This document shows positions 18,317 through 28,608 of a stretch of 64,000 nucleotides of DNA, piece by piece. The first letter of the stretch is position 1. The number at the start of each line of letters is the position of its first letter. The translations under genes were made by a program, and so were the position numbers. Below the pieces are notes generated by a model. It did no database searches. It was not told the DNA's origin and saw only the letters and a program-made list of their open reading frames with translations. The DNA is taken from the NCBI GenBank assembly GCA_963727825.1, contig CAVSHO010000011.1:1-64000 (forward strand), in the 5' to 3' direction. This stretch comes from Ignavibacteriota bacterium. Lineage in GTDB: Bacteria; Bacteroidota; Ignavibacteria; UBA10030.

Positions 18317-19087
18317 TTATTTTATTGATTCCGAATTTATTCGTGCCATAATTTCATTGGCTATGCGTTTCTCTGATCGCTTACCATTTTTTGCCATTCG
18401 TTCTAAATAAGGTAAAGCAGATTGTCCGCAATTTATTATGGCATCAGTAGCAGAGAAACGTAATTCCTGTTTTAAAAGACATCTTATTAATATTGGCAAG
18501 GAAGCAGGATCGCGATATTATCCTAGTAGATCGATCAGTTTATTTGATTTACTTATAACACTTGACTTTTTGATTAAAGAAACTAAATCAGATGAAATAG
18601 CTGGACTTCCTAAGTCTGATAAAAGTTTAATAGCCTTACTAAGAACCACATTATTATGATCCATCATATCTACAATTCTAATCTTATCTATGAATATGAT
18701 TAAACCTGGAATCACAGAGCTATCATTTATAGAACGAAGTGCATCCAACGCCTGCAAGTTGTTTGATGCAGAATCACCTTGCAGAACTCCAAGCAGGTTA
18801 GCAACAATTTCTTCTTTGCTAAACTTTTTTCCGCAATACTTACAAACAAAAGCCTCTATGCGAATACTTTCAGCGCAATCAGAACATTTTTTTAAAAGAA
18901 TATTAACAGATATTGTGGATGGATTAATTGGTAGCCCAGCGGCTGCAATTAGGCCGAATATTCCAAAGAAAAAACCAGCCGCGAACCATGCCCCAGTTGA
19001 CCGTCCTTTAAGTTCTGCAACATTTCCTGCGAGAAGTCCGCATATGATGGCTTGTAACGCCAGAATGATGATCCAAATAGTCTCCAT
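18317..19087 (-). pseudogene. Membrane/zinc-ribbon/HEAT-like protein with in-frame TAA at 18518-18520
   Basis: TM helices, CSDC..CKYC; LIDLLG*YRDPASLPILIRCL continues in frame. Confidence 0.7.
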
Positions 19088-19110
19088 ATCAATTATCCTC
19101 TATATGTGGC

Positions 19111-19269
19111 GCCTAACGGATGGCGGCTAAGCTGCCGCGTTGATAATTTTCAAAATACACTAAACAAAAAAAGTTCATACTGAAAAGTTTATTATTAAGA
19201 ACCGAAACCTATGCAAGCCATGTTTAACGTACTCACGCTCATCCGGTCAGCTTGAGCCGCTGGTTAGGC
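19111..19269 (-). repeat. attC site 15
   Basis: GCCTAAC...CGGTCAGCTTGAGCCGCTGGTTAGGC. Confidence 0.95.
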
Positions 19270-19590
19270 CGCATTATCGTTTGATTCGTTCACTGTCAAA
19301 ATTGCTTCACACATAATCTGGATTTTACGGTTCATTTCTCTGCGGATTATAAAATACCATGGTGCAAGAATATAAATAAGTGAGAAAAAAAGAAATAGTG
19401 AACCAATAATTATGTTTTTATTGCTTGCAATGATCAATATCAATTTTGCAAGTAAAAAGACACCCGCCATTGAAGTTAATGTTGCGCCAAGGTATCCATA
19501 TCGCGTCCAGCGTTTAGAATATTCATTTGATAAAATATTTTTTGCCCGTTCAGATTCTTTTACTAGAGCAATTCTTATTTCTGGTTTCAT
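19264..19590 (-). CDS. Cassette 2-TM membrane protein
   Basis: 108 aa, two hydrophobic helices, stop inside attC. Confidence 0.75.
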   Translation of the reverse strand: MKPEIRIALVKESERAKNILSNEYSKRWTRYGYLGATLTSMAGVFLLAKLILIIASNKNIIIGSLFLFFSLIYILAPWYFIIRREMNRKIQIMCEAILTVNESNDNAA

Positions 19591-19619
19591 AAAATATCCT
19601 TTGTTTATTTTAGAATGCG

Positions 19620-19807
19620 GGCTAACGGACCGGCGCTAAGCTGCGGCGCTGATAATTATCAAGTTGTTGAAAACGAAATGAGTTCACGCTGAAGCTTTCA
19701 AATTTACACAAGACCTATACTAGCCATGCTTAACGTACTAGCCCGCCGACAATTGCTTTTTAGTAAAGCCGGCGGGCGACGCTCATTCCGTCAGCTTGAG
19801 CGCCTGG
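19620..19807 (-). repeat. attC site 16, interrupted by IS-B (remainder 21169-21178)
   Basis: GGCTAAC...CAGCTTGAGCGCCTGG then ATATTAC. Confidence 0.93.
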
Positions 19808-21172
19808 ATATTACAAAAAAGGAACCTCCCGATTTCGTATGTTTAAGATTATCAAGGTCATTAACCAACAAAATAAAAGGAGGTTCCCATGTATTACTCA
19901 GGTATAGATTTGCATTCAGATAATTCTTACATCACCACAATCGATGAGAGTGGCACAATCGTAAAACGACAACGCCTCGAGAATAACGACGAACTTGTTC
20001 TCGATTACTTCCACTCTCTGCCCGGTCCTCATCAGGCAGTCGTCGAGTCTACAACAGGTTGGTATTGGCTCAACGATCTCCTCGGCGATAACGGCATCGA
20101 GCTTGTCCTTGCTCATGCCAAATATCTCAAAGCCATCAGCTATGCTAAAGTTAAAACAGATAAAGTCGATTCGCAAACTCTCGCTACACTTTTACGACAA
20201 GGCCTTATTCCACAAGCACACAAGATCAGCCGTGAACTCCGTGGATTACGCGATACCATGCGCATCCGGCTTAGACTCGTTCAACAACGAACCGCTTGCC
20301 TGCTGCGTCTTTATAGCATTTATGCAAAATTTAACGGCTCTGTCCCTGATCCCTATCGCTTCCAGCTGGCTGTATTAGAGCATACACGCAATACCTTCAG
20401 CGATCAAATCCTTGCCTTAGAAAAGTCTCTGCATCCTGTCCTGATCCCTAACGACGACATCCAACGACTCTTGAACATTCCAGGTATCGGCAAGCTCTCT
20501 GCATTTACCATTTACTTAGAAATCGACGGCATAGAACGCTTTATCTCTGATAAACACTTTGTCTCCTATTGCCGTCTCGTGCCTGCTGCTGATAACTCCA
20601 ATCGCACTGTGCATCACCGCTCAAGTAAAGACGGCAATAAATATCTTAAAATCGCTTTCACTGATGCCGCTGTGCATGCCATTCAATTTTATCCTGAATA
20701 CAAACGCTTCTATCAGAAATTAGCTCGGCGCTCTTGTGAAGCAACTGCTCGAACCGTCGTTGCAAAAGAACTTGCGAAAATTGTTTTCTATGTCTTAAAG
20801 AACAAAACACAATATAAAGGTCTCAAAGGACAGCCGATCAGCCGGCATAAATCTCAGCAGTGGCCGCGCCTCTCAAGCCCGGATGCCTAACTGGTAATCT
20901 TTATTACCTTCGCCTGGATTGGGAAGAGAGTGCGCTGTGCCGTGGTAATATCTGGAATATCTCGCTCAACGAGATAAGTCCCGCTTTCACCCCGGGATAA
21001 ATCCGTAAACTGGTTTGGACGGCATTGCTCCGGTAATCGTCTGTCTATTTGATAGAGAACGCGGCATCGGCACGGGTTCGGTCGTCAATAATTGTCAATG
21101 AACTCTGCATTCCGTTTGTACGGAACGCATCGGGCGTATTTTATCTACTTGACTCTTTCCTTTTTAAACTGG
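19808..21172 (+). mobile_element. IS1111-type element (IS-B) copy 3
   Basis: Same ends and protein; CTGG junctions in attC. Confidence 0.95.
19889..20890 (+). CDS. IS1111-type transposase
   Basis: Protein identical to 6082-7083. Confidence 0.95.
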   Translation: MYYSGIDLHSDNSYITTIDESGTIVKRQRLENNDELVLDYFHSLPGPHQAVVESTTGWYWLNDLLGDNGIELVLAHAKYLKAISYAKVKTDKVDSQTLATLLRQGLIPQAHKISRELRGLRDTMRIRLRLVQQRTACLLRLYSIYAKFNGSVPDPYRFQLAVLEHTRNTFSDQILALEKSLHPVLIPNDDIQRLLNIPGIGKLSAFTIYLEIDGIERFISDKHFVSYCRLVPAADNSNRTVHHRSSKDGNKYLKIAFTDAAVHAIQFYPEYKRFYQKLARRSCEATARTVVAKELAKIVFYVLKNKTQYKGLKGQPISRHKSQQWPRLSSPDA

Positions 21173-21849
21173 TTAGGCGCCACTATTTTGAACAATTCGG
21201 GAATGAATATGATTAAGTAAATGTGCACGACTTTCTAAAAAGATAGAACGATACCTCTCATTAGGAGTGGCATCCTTCTTGTCGAAATTGACACAAGGTT
21301 TGTAGATCGAAACATAGAAAGTCTCGAGTTCGCTCCAAACCGAATAATCGAGATCCTGATTTGAAAGCCAAGCAACTGATGTAAAGCAGCTGCTTTTGTA
21401 GCAAAGAAATTGCCGTTCGTATTCATCCCTGTGGTCAGGATAGAGGCCTTCACCGTAGAACCTCATTACCTCATGAAAGTATGTTTCGGATTGACACGGA
21501 TAGGCAATAGAGTAAAAGATGAAATCGAGCCTCGTGAAATGTTCGCCAAGCCTTCTCTTTATTGAATCTGCAACGCCTATATAGTAGAACAAAGGTTTCT
21601 GGTTTTGCATTTTAAAAGAGAGAGTTACAGTCCCGATTCAGTTGGCGGCAGTAATTCATTTCTCATCAGTCTTGACTTTAGCGAGCTGTATTGTTTAGCA
21701 TTATGCTTTCTGAGAGGAACGTTTGTTACCCAGTGCGGATAAGCTCCCTTTTTCCTCAGCGGCAAAACTGACGGATCAGGGCTTGGAATCGATCTTAATG
21801 ATTCAATGAAAGCAGAGATAGTGACAACATTACTGAGGAATTCCATCAT
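21173..21849 (-). pseudogene. Probable GIY-YIG-like nuclease, split into 21625-21849 and 21173-21610
   Basis: KKGAY in the upstream fragment; FYYIGVADSIKRRLGEHF, ELE..Y and PCVN in the downstream one; fragments out of frame. Confidence 0.55.
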
Positions 21850-22215
21850 TTAGAACCTGTAGCTGTCAAAGTTGGGAAACTGCTATTTCGAGAGAGCATA
21901 TAGCCCGTATCAAACGATCCACTCTGTCCTGATTTCAATGAGTTAGGACTTACATCAATAGTTCGGGCAGCATCGTTTGTTGTAAGCTTTAACTTGTACG
22001 TTGTAGACGGTGAATGAGCTTTGGTTTGTGACAGTTCCTCGGATTCCTCTCTGGTCACTTCCTGAACCATATAGGTTGGTCTGGTCGATTCTAAGCTTGA
22101 TTTCACTATTCGTTCCATCGCTAGATGAACTAGATGAAGTCGTTGGACTGTCCTCTTTCTTTTCGCAGGATACGAAAATAAAGAGACAGAGAAGGATAAG
22201 TGCAATTGTCTTCAT
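21846..22215 (-). pseudogene. Lipoprotein with probable frameshift near 21980
   Basis: MKTIALILLCLFIFVSC lipobox, IRGTVTN..YNVQV; plausible continuation (SPNSLKSGQSGSF) in another frame. Confidence 0.6.
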
Positions 22216-22255
22216 TTATTATTCCTTGAAAGAAAATTTAGTACAACAAAGTGGC

Positions 22256-22411
22256 GCCTAACGGACCGGCACTAAGCTGCAGCAACGATAACTTTCAAAA
22301 TGCACCCAACGAACTAAGTCCGTCGTGTTATTTATTCTTTGAATTCGAAATCCACTCGCAATGCTTATCGTACCCACGCTCATTCTCGTCAGCTTGAGTG
22401 CCTGGTTAGGT
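22256..22411 (-). repeat. attC site 17
   Basis: GCCTAAC...GTCAGCTTGAGTGCCTGGTTAGGT. Confidence 0.93.
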
Positions 22412-22691
22412 TATAGTTTGTTTGTTATACAAAAATTCTTTTTAGACAATACTTTCTCACATCATCATAACTTTAATTTTGCTGACCACAGGCAGCGCAT
22501 TAGCGAGATTCTTTTTGGTAATTAATTTGTACTGCTTTTGAACTCTCGCAATATATGAAACTTGTTGACGACAACCTTTATAGAAAGCAACCAACATTGA
22601 AATTCGTACGATGCAAATAGAACTTTAAGCCGGTAGAACGCGAAACCCAACCAAATAAGTAACGTTAACATATAAGCGCGCTGCCTGTGGA
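22412..22691. other. ORF-less cassette
   Basis: 280 bp between two attC sites with no ORF of 60 aa or more. Confidence 0.8.
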
Positions 22692-22888
22692 ACCTAACGG
22701 ATGGCGGCTAAGCTGCCGCGTTGATAAATTTCAATAATGCACTAAACGAAACAAGTTCATGCAGAAAATAAAATTATTAAACACTAAACTTCTACACGCA
22801 ACGTTAATTGCACAAGCCCGCCGTATTTTGAATTTCAAATGTCACGGCGGGCGACGCTCATCCGGTCAGCTTGAGCCGCTGGTTAGGG
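22692..22888 (-). repeat. attC site 18
   Basis: ACCTAAC...CGGTCAGCTTGAGCCGCTGGTTAGGG. Confidence 0.95.
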
Positions 22889-22895
22889 CGCGTGA

Positions 22896-23649
22896 CTACT
22901 TTTTAGTTTTTATCCAATAACCAAATTTACTTCCATTCCAAGTGTAAGTGATACTTGGTAATGTGGGAGAATTCAAATTAGGGAAATCCTCTTGCCAATG
23001 ATCTATCTCTCCCCTGATTTCAATTATTCCATTTCGATTAACATCGACTAAATTATACCATCCATCAGTCGAGACAAGAATGGATTGATGCGTGATTGGA
23101 TCAATGTCATTAATAATCTTTCCGGTTTTACCGTTCCAGCTTAATATCCACAAATATGAAATACTCGATTCCCTTGTATTGCGAGTAAAATCTGTTTCTG
23201 TCTCAAGTATATCTACTTCGCCGTCGTTGTTTATATCTTTGGTAGCAAAGAGTTTACTGGCAAAATCAGCTTCTGTACCGGGATAATCATCCCATATAAT
23301 CTGTCCATTCTTATATATACCGGTTACGACACTATCCATAGTTTGTTTTTCTTTTTGTGACTTATACCAAGCTGAGAAAAGTTACACATCCTGCAAGCGT
23401 GTGATAAGGATCAGTTATCTTACCATGTAAAGAATTGGCAATGAGAGAATCCATTATATGAAAACTTACCTCGTAATTAGAACCATATTTGGAATGAACT
23501 GCTGTTTCAAGTGCAGAAAGAACAATTTCATTAGGATCATATTTTCTTTCCGACATAATCTGTGCAAACAAAACAGGAGAATACAATACTGAGAGTATTA
23601 TAATCTTTATTAAAGGATTACTGTTCATCATATACTCATTAATTCCCAC
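22896..23649 (-). pseudogene. Secreted protein with Ca-binding-like DxNxDG motifs, split into two out-of-frame ORFs
   Basis: Signal peptide in 23362-23649; DINNDGEVDI and DVNRNGIIEI in 22896-23339. Confidence 0.55.
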
Positions 23650-23652
23650 GCG

Positions 23653-23838
23653 CCCTAACGGATGGCGCTAAGCTGCGGCGTTGATAATTTTCAAATTGCT
23701 GACAACGAAATGAGTTCACGCTGATACCTTTAAAATATACTAAACCGTTACGCGCCATGCTTAACGTACAAGCCCGCCGACAATTGCTTTTTAGTAAAGC
23801 CGGCGGGCGACGCTCATTCCGTCAGCTTGAGCGCCTGG
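23653..23838 (-). repeat. attC site 19, interrupted by IS-B (remainder 25200-25209)
   Basis: CCCTAAC...CAGCTTGAGCGCCTGG then ATATTAC. Confidence 0.93.
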
Positions 23839-25203
23839 ATATTACAAAAAAGGAACCTCCCGATTTCGTATGTTTAAGATTATCAAGGTCATTAACCAAC
23901 AAAATAAAAGGAGGTTCCCATGTATTACTCAGGTATAGATTTGCATTCAGATAATTCTTACATCACCACAATCGATGAGAGTGGCACAATCGTAAAACGA
24001 CAACGCCTCGAGAATAACGACGAACTTGTTCTCGATTACTTCCACTCTCTGCCCGGTCCTCATCAGGCAGTCGTCGAGTCTACAACAGGTTGGTATTGGC
24101 TCAACGATCTCCTCGGCGATAACGGCATCGAGCTTGTCCTTGCTCATGCCAAATATCTCAAAGCCATCAGCTATGCTAAAGTTAAAACAGATAAAGTCGA
24201 TTCGCAAACTCTCGCTACACTTTTACGACAAGGCCTTATTCCACAAGCACACAAGATCAGCCGTGAACTCCGTGGATTACGCGATACCATGCGCATCCGG
24301 CTTAGACTCGTTCAACAACGAACCGCTTGCCTGCTGCGTCTTTATAGCATTTATGCAAAATTTAACGGCTCTGTCCCTGATCCCTATCGCTTCCAGCTGG
24401 CTGTATTAGAGCATACACGCAATACCTTCAGCGATCAAATCCTTGCCTTAGAAAAGTCTCTGCATCCTGTCCTGATCCCTAACGACGACATCCAACGACT
24501 CTTGAACATTCCAGGTATCGGCAAGCTCTCTGCATTTACCATTTACTTAGAAATCGACGGCATAGAACGCTTTATCTCTGATAAACACTTTGTCTCCTAT
24601 TGCCGTCTCGTGCCTGCTGCTGATAACTCCAATCGCACTGTGCATCACCGCTCAAGTAAAGACGGCAATAAATATCTTAAAATCGCTTTCACTGATGCCG
24701 CTGTGCATGCCATTCAATTTTATCCTGAATACAAACGCTTCTATCAGAAATTAGCTCGGCGCTCTTGTGAAGCAACTGCTCGAACCGTCGTTGCAAAAGA
24801 ACTTGCGAAAATTGTTTTCTATGTCTTAAAGAACAAAACACAATATAAAGGTCTCAAAGGACAGCCGATCAGCCGGCATAAATCTCAGCAGTGGCCGCGC
24901 CTCTCAAGCCCGGATGCCTAACTGGTAATCTTTATTACCTTCGCCTGGATTGGGAAGAGAGTGCGCTGTGCCGTGGTAATATCTGGAATATCTCGCTCAA
25001 CGAGATAAGTCCCGCTTTCACCCCGGGATAAATCCGTAAACTGGTTTGGACGGCATTGCTCCGGTAATCGTCTGTCTATTTGATAGAGAACGCGGCATCG
25101 GCACGGGTTCGGTCGTCAATAATTGTCAATGAACTCTGCATTCCGTTTGTACGGAACGCATCGGGCGTATTTTATCTACTTGACTCTTTCCTTTTTAAAC
25201 TGG
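23839..25203 (+). mobile_element. IS1111-type element (IS-B) copy 4
   Basis: Same ends and protein; CTGG junctions in attC. Confidence 0.95.
23920..24921 (+). CDS. IS1111-type transposase
   Basis: Protein identical to 6082-7083. Confidence 0.95.
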   Translation: MYYSGIDLHSDNSYITTIDESGTIVKRQRLENNDELVLDYFHSLPGPHQAVVESTTGWYWLNDLLGDNGIELVLAHAKYLKAISYAKVKTDKVDSQTLATLLRQGLIPQAHKISRELRGLRDTMRIRLRLVQQRTACLLRLYSIYAKFNGSVPDPYRFQLAVLEHTRNTFSDQILALEKSLHPVLIPNDDIQRLLNIPGIGKLSAFTIYLEIDGIERFISDKHFVSYCRLVPAADNSNRTVHHRSSKDGNKYLKIAFTDAAVHAIQFYPEYKRFYQKLARRSCEATARTVVAKELAKIVFYVLKNKTQYKGLKGQPISRHKSQQWPRLSSPDA

Positions 25204-25230
25204 TTAGGCGGCAAGAATTCTATTGATTTA

Positions 25231-25908
25231 TTATTTTTTGTAAGAAACCAATTGATAAATAATTTGTGCTTGTTTTTGTCCGATCGAATAAGTAATGTTT
25301 TCGGTTCTGATACCTTTGACACATCCAATCCCTGGTGCGTACCAGTCTTGTTCATTAACATCAATATGTTCACTATAATGTTGCTCGATACTGCCTTTAC
25401 GAGAAATTTTAACACAATCTTTAAAAGATCCAATAGGAATTGTTATGACTTCACTAATGGATTCAATTGTGGATTTAAGAATAAGCGTATCATTATGGGA
25501 GACGAGAAAAGCTTCACTTCTTGTTCTCCAGTTTATTCCTTGAACAATTGGATACTTTATTTCATAGCGAGGTGGTGAAAATATTATCGGTTCTGTATCT
25601 GCCATTGATTGCTTCGCAACTACAGCAATACCATTTTTATCTTCGACATAAAAAGCGAAAGAAGACTGTCCATTAATATCACTTTTCTGCACCTTGACTC
25701 GCATTCCATTAAGATCTCGATCTTCAAGATTTGATATTGTTAGACTCAGAGTATTTTTCTCACCAAATGAGTTTGTCGTCAACAGAGAATACGTCCATGA
25801 TCTTCCCTCATCTAAAGGGATGTAATCCGTACCAGATTTGGAACAACCAACAATGTTGAGAGTGAGAAAAGAGAGAAGAAAAATTAATATAGAAATATGT
25901 TTATTCAT
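25231..25908 (-). CDS. Cassette lipoprotein
   Basis: RBS GGAGG, lipobox IVGC, YIPL..G.SWTY and WYAPGIG.VK motifs. Confidence 0.8.
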   Translation of the reverse strand: MNKHISILIFLLSFLTLNIVGCSKSGTDYIPLDEGRSWTYSLLTTNSFGEKNTLSLTISNLEDRDLNGMRVKVQKSDINGQSSFAFYVEDKNGIAVVAKQSMADTEPIIFSPPRYEIKYPIVQGINWRTRSEAFLVSHNDTLILKSTIESISEVITIPIGSFKDCVKISRKGSIEQHYSEHIDVNEQDWYAPGIGCVKGIRTENITYSIGQKQAQIIYQLVSYKK

Positions 25909-25938
25909 ATTAACCTCCGAGTTTTGAAAACGTTTGCC

Positions 25939-26132
25939 GCCTAACGGATGGCGGATAAGCTGCCGCACTGATAACTTTCGAAATGCACTAAACGAACCAA
26001 GTTCGCGCTGAAAACGAAATTTATTATACTAAAGTTATGAGTCCTAAAAATGTAATAATAAAAACCTAAACCCACCATTAGCCATGAATTTTGCAGTGCG
26101 CTCATTCGGTCAGCTTGAGCCACTGGTTAGGC
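25939..26132 (-). repeat. attC site 20
   Basis: GCCTAAC...GGTCAGCTTGAGCCACTGGTTAGGC. Confidence 0.93.
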
Positions 26133-26158
26133 AGCGAAATATTTATGTTGAATAAAAT

Positions 26159-26662
26159 TTATGGATGAGTAATGCGATCAATTTCATTTTCAAATTCTCG
26201 TAATTCCTCAGGAGCCTCAAATGCCTTTAATTCTTTATCTGGTCCATAAGATCGGAAATAATCAACAACTGACTTTATGAGATTGCCAATTTTAATCGTT
26301 ACAATGTTCGTAGGTAGATCTGAAACCGAAACAGTAAGTGTGTCGATTAAACCATTTTTATTTTTTCGTATTATTTTTCCCTCGGCATAAGCTGGTTTCA
26401 GTGAGAAGATTCCAATTTCCTTAGCCCTTTGAAATAGATATGCCACGGAATCTTTTGAAATTTTAAAAGATCGCTTATCAGCTTCTACATTAGATAGAGT
26501 ATCTAGATATTCGACCGTTCCTGTAGAATATACTGTTACAGAATAACCTCCAGGCGGGCCATAACCACCTCTGCGTTCTAATTTAATAAAATCCGAATCT
26601 GGTTGTTGAATTTGCAAACCCAAAAGAACAAGGTTAATTAATAACTGTGATAAGATATTCAT
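26159..26662 (-). CDS. Cassette hypothetical protein (DUF6438-like)
   Basis: IKLERRGGYG...YSVTVYSTGTVEY, SDLP, PEELREFENEID. Confidence 0.65.
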   Translation of the reverse strand: MNILSQLLINLVLLGLQIQQPDSDFIKLERRGGYGPPGGYSVTVYSTGTVEYLDTLSNVEADKRSFKISKDSVAYLFQRAKEIGIFSLKPAYAEGKIIRKNKNGLIDTLTVSVSDLPTNIVTIKIGNLIKSVVDYFRSYGPDKELKAFEAPEELREFENEIDRITHP

Positions 26663-26685
26663 CAGGTTCCTCTTTGTATTTCGCT

Positions 26686-26839
26686 GCCTAACGGACCGGC
26701 ACTAAGCTGCGGCGTGATCAAATATCAAATTGCACCAACGAAACGAGTTCACGCTGAATATTTTGCTCTTGCAATTGACCGTTATGGGCAATGTTAATTG
26801 TACCACGCTCACCCCGTCAGCTTGAGTGCCTGGTTAGGC
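26686..26839 (-). repeat. attC site 21
   Basis: GCCTAAC...CCGTCAGCTTGAGTGCCTGGTTAGGC. Confidence 0.95.
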
Positions 26840-26863
26840 GGCAACCCATTCTTTAAAATGAAC

Positions 26864-27085
26864 TTATTTCTTTTTTCTTTCAATACGGATTCCAAGCTTT
26901 GTTAAACCCGACTTTTGAAATTGTTCTAACGCATCTCTTGAAAACTCAAATCGTTCATCATTTTTCAAAATGATTATTTGGAGTGCTCCATTGGAATCAT
27001 AAGTAGTGTCTTTGATTCCGAACTGACGAATCCTCTCTTGCACAAAGCTCCAATTATCAATTGTGACTTTCAAATTAGTTCTCAA
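26864..27085 (-). CDS. Small cassette hypothetical protein
   Basis: 73-aa ORF (TTG start) filling the cassette. Confidence 0.6.
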   Translation of the reverse strand: MRTNLKVTIDNWSFVQERIRQFGIKDTTYDSNGALQIIILKNDERFEFSRDALEQFQKSGLTKLGIRIERKKK

Positions 27086-27102
27086 ATTATAATAAAGTTG
27101 CC

Positions 27103-27256
27103 GCCTAACGGACCGGCGCTAAGCTGCGACGATGAAAACTTTCAACATGCACCAAACGAAATGAGTTCACGCAGTATCTTTCTAATTCCACAAGAACTTT
27201 ATACGCCATGAATTTTGTACCACGCCCATTTCGTCAGCTTGAGCGCCTGGTTAGGT
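27103..27256 (-). repeat. attC site 22 (first cassette; unoccupied GAGCGCCTGG variant)
   Basis: GCCTAAC...CGTCAGCTTGAGCGCCTGGTTAGGT. Confidence 0.95.
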
Positions 27257-27269
27257 GCCATTTGCTCTG

Positions 27270-27956
27270 TTATTTTTTCTCTCCGACTTTCTTTTTCTTT
27301 TCAATTACCTTTTTACCATCTTTATTATATTCAGGATGATATTTACCATATGGTATTGCCAATAAAATTTTTGCGTTTGCATCTCGCGCAACTGTAACAT
27401 ACTGAGTTGCCGCTGTTTTTATTGCCGTTGTTACAGCTTTTACCAGAAGACCTGCTAAACCACCAGCATTGCCACTATCACCTGAAGTATTTACAACCAC
27501 TTCATCATCATAAAACCATATAACATCACCTGTAGTAGTGGATTTAAGTTCACAGGCAATCTGGACGGTAACGCTTCCAGAAGTAATAAGATATTGTGTG
27601 TTCCATTTAAGGATGGTCACATACATAACAGCATCCGCACCAAAGAATTCTTTGAATTTTTGTGGCGGAACATTTAACATTGTCTCTGTATCAAATAATC
27701 CTTCTTGTTTTAAAACATCATTCACAATTTCTGTCGGAAATACATAATAACCGCTATTCGTTAGTGGTTCCGCTATTGTTGTGGAATAATATTCCTTTGC
27801 ATCTGCAGCGGTGGACTTGTTTTGTGGAGGTAAAACAAGAATGGAAACAGGATGTTGATCGTACATCTTAGGGGCAAATTCATGTTTTGTTATTGTCGGG
27901 TTGCATCCATAAAGAGCAAGGGCAATTACAAGGACAACAAAATATTTTGTTTTCAT
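27270..27956 (-). CDS. DUF799/GNA1162-like lipoprotein
   Basis: Lipobox LYGC; P.SILVLPP.N, GYYVFP, FGADAVMYVTI, IPYGKYHP. Confidence 0.85.
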   Translation of the reverse strand: MKTKYFVVLVIALALYGCNPTITKHEFAPKMYDQHPVSILVLPPQNKSTAADAKEYYSTTIAEPLTNSGYYVFPTEIVNDVLKQEGLFDTETMLNVPPQKFKEFFGADAVMYVTILKWNTQYLITSGSVTVQIACELKSTTTGDVIWFYDDEVVVNTSGDSGNAGGLAGLLVKAVTTAIKTAATQYVTVARDANAKILLAIPYGKYHPEYNKDGKKVIEKKKKVGEKK

Positions 27957-28306
27957 TTTTTGCCTCGCGCTAATTCGTCTTTCAATCGTTGAATGAATAC
28001 AATAGATTCCGGATAAAGTTTTATTTCTTTATCAAAACATTCTAATCCATCCTTTTCATTGCCTTCTTTGATCAGCAAGAAACCATATTCTGCGTACACT
28101 CCAGGGGGAACATGTAAATGTTTCTGTGGAGATACTGCAATAATGTCTTGAAGCGATTTCTTATGTGCTGCGAAGGTTTTTTCATCTGGGTTCTTATTAT
28201 AATCGTACAAAGAGGTAGAATAGTCCCCCCAATAGAATATAGTCTGGGGAACACAACCTACGAAAAAGACCAATATAAATAAGTAGCATATATGTTTTAG
28301 ATTCAT
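27953..28306 (-). CDS. DUF4810-like lipoprotein
   Basis: Lipobox; YWGDY, VPPGVYAEYG, E..LYPES. Confidence 0.85.
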   Translation of the reverse strand: MNLKHICYLFILVFFVGCVPQTIFYWGDYSTSLYDYNKNPDEKTFAAHKKSLQDIIAVSPQKHLHVPPGVYAEYGFLLIKEGNEKDGLECFDKEIKLYPESIVFIQRLKDELARGKK

Positions 28307-28596
28307 GGTATTTGTATCTCCATAGTCGTTTGATTGTCGACAAGCACAACTCTGTTTACTATGAGTTGATTGTTTCTGTAGACTTTGAGGGAATGTTTTC
28401 CTGGTTTTACCTGATATACTTCTATCTTTGGATCGAGCGAAAATCCTTCTCCCTCGTCTATTGCGACTGTCACTGTATTTATATCGCCAACAAATTTAAG
28501 GAATCCCTTTTCTGCTTTTTGCACGACTCCCTCATTATAACCACCACAAGAGATAAAGAGAAATGATATTAGAAAAATGAACATCGATAATTTCAT
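28303..28596 (-). CDS. Small lipoprotein (PEGA-like beta domain)
   Basis: Lipobox FISC; VKPGKHSLKV; overlaps the next gene. Confidence 0.75.
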   Translation of the reverse strand: MKLSMFIFLISFLFISCGGYNEGVVQKAEKGFLKFVGDINTVTVAIDEGEGFSLDPKIEVYQVKPGKHSLKVYRNNQLIVNRVVLVDNQTTMEIQIP

Positions 28597-28608
28597 TTGA
28601 GCCTCCTT

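Noticed and set aside
18132-18317. Short ORFs across attC sites (also 19726-19923, 23757-23954, 2222-2422, 16263-16445)
   Set aside because: Translations of the attC repeat itself
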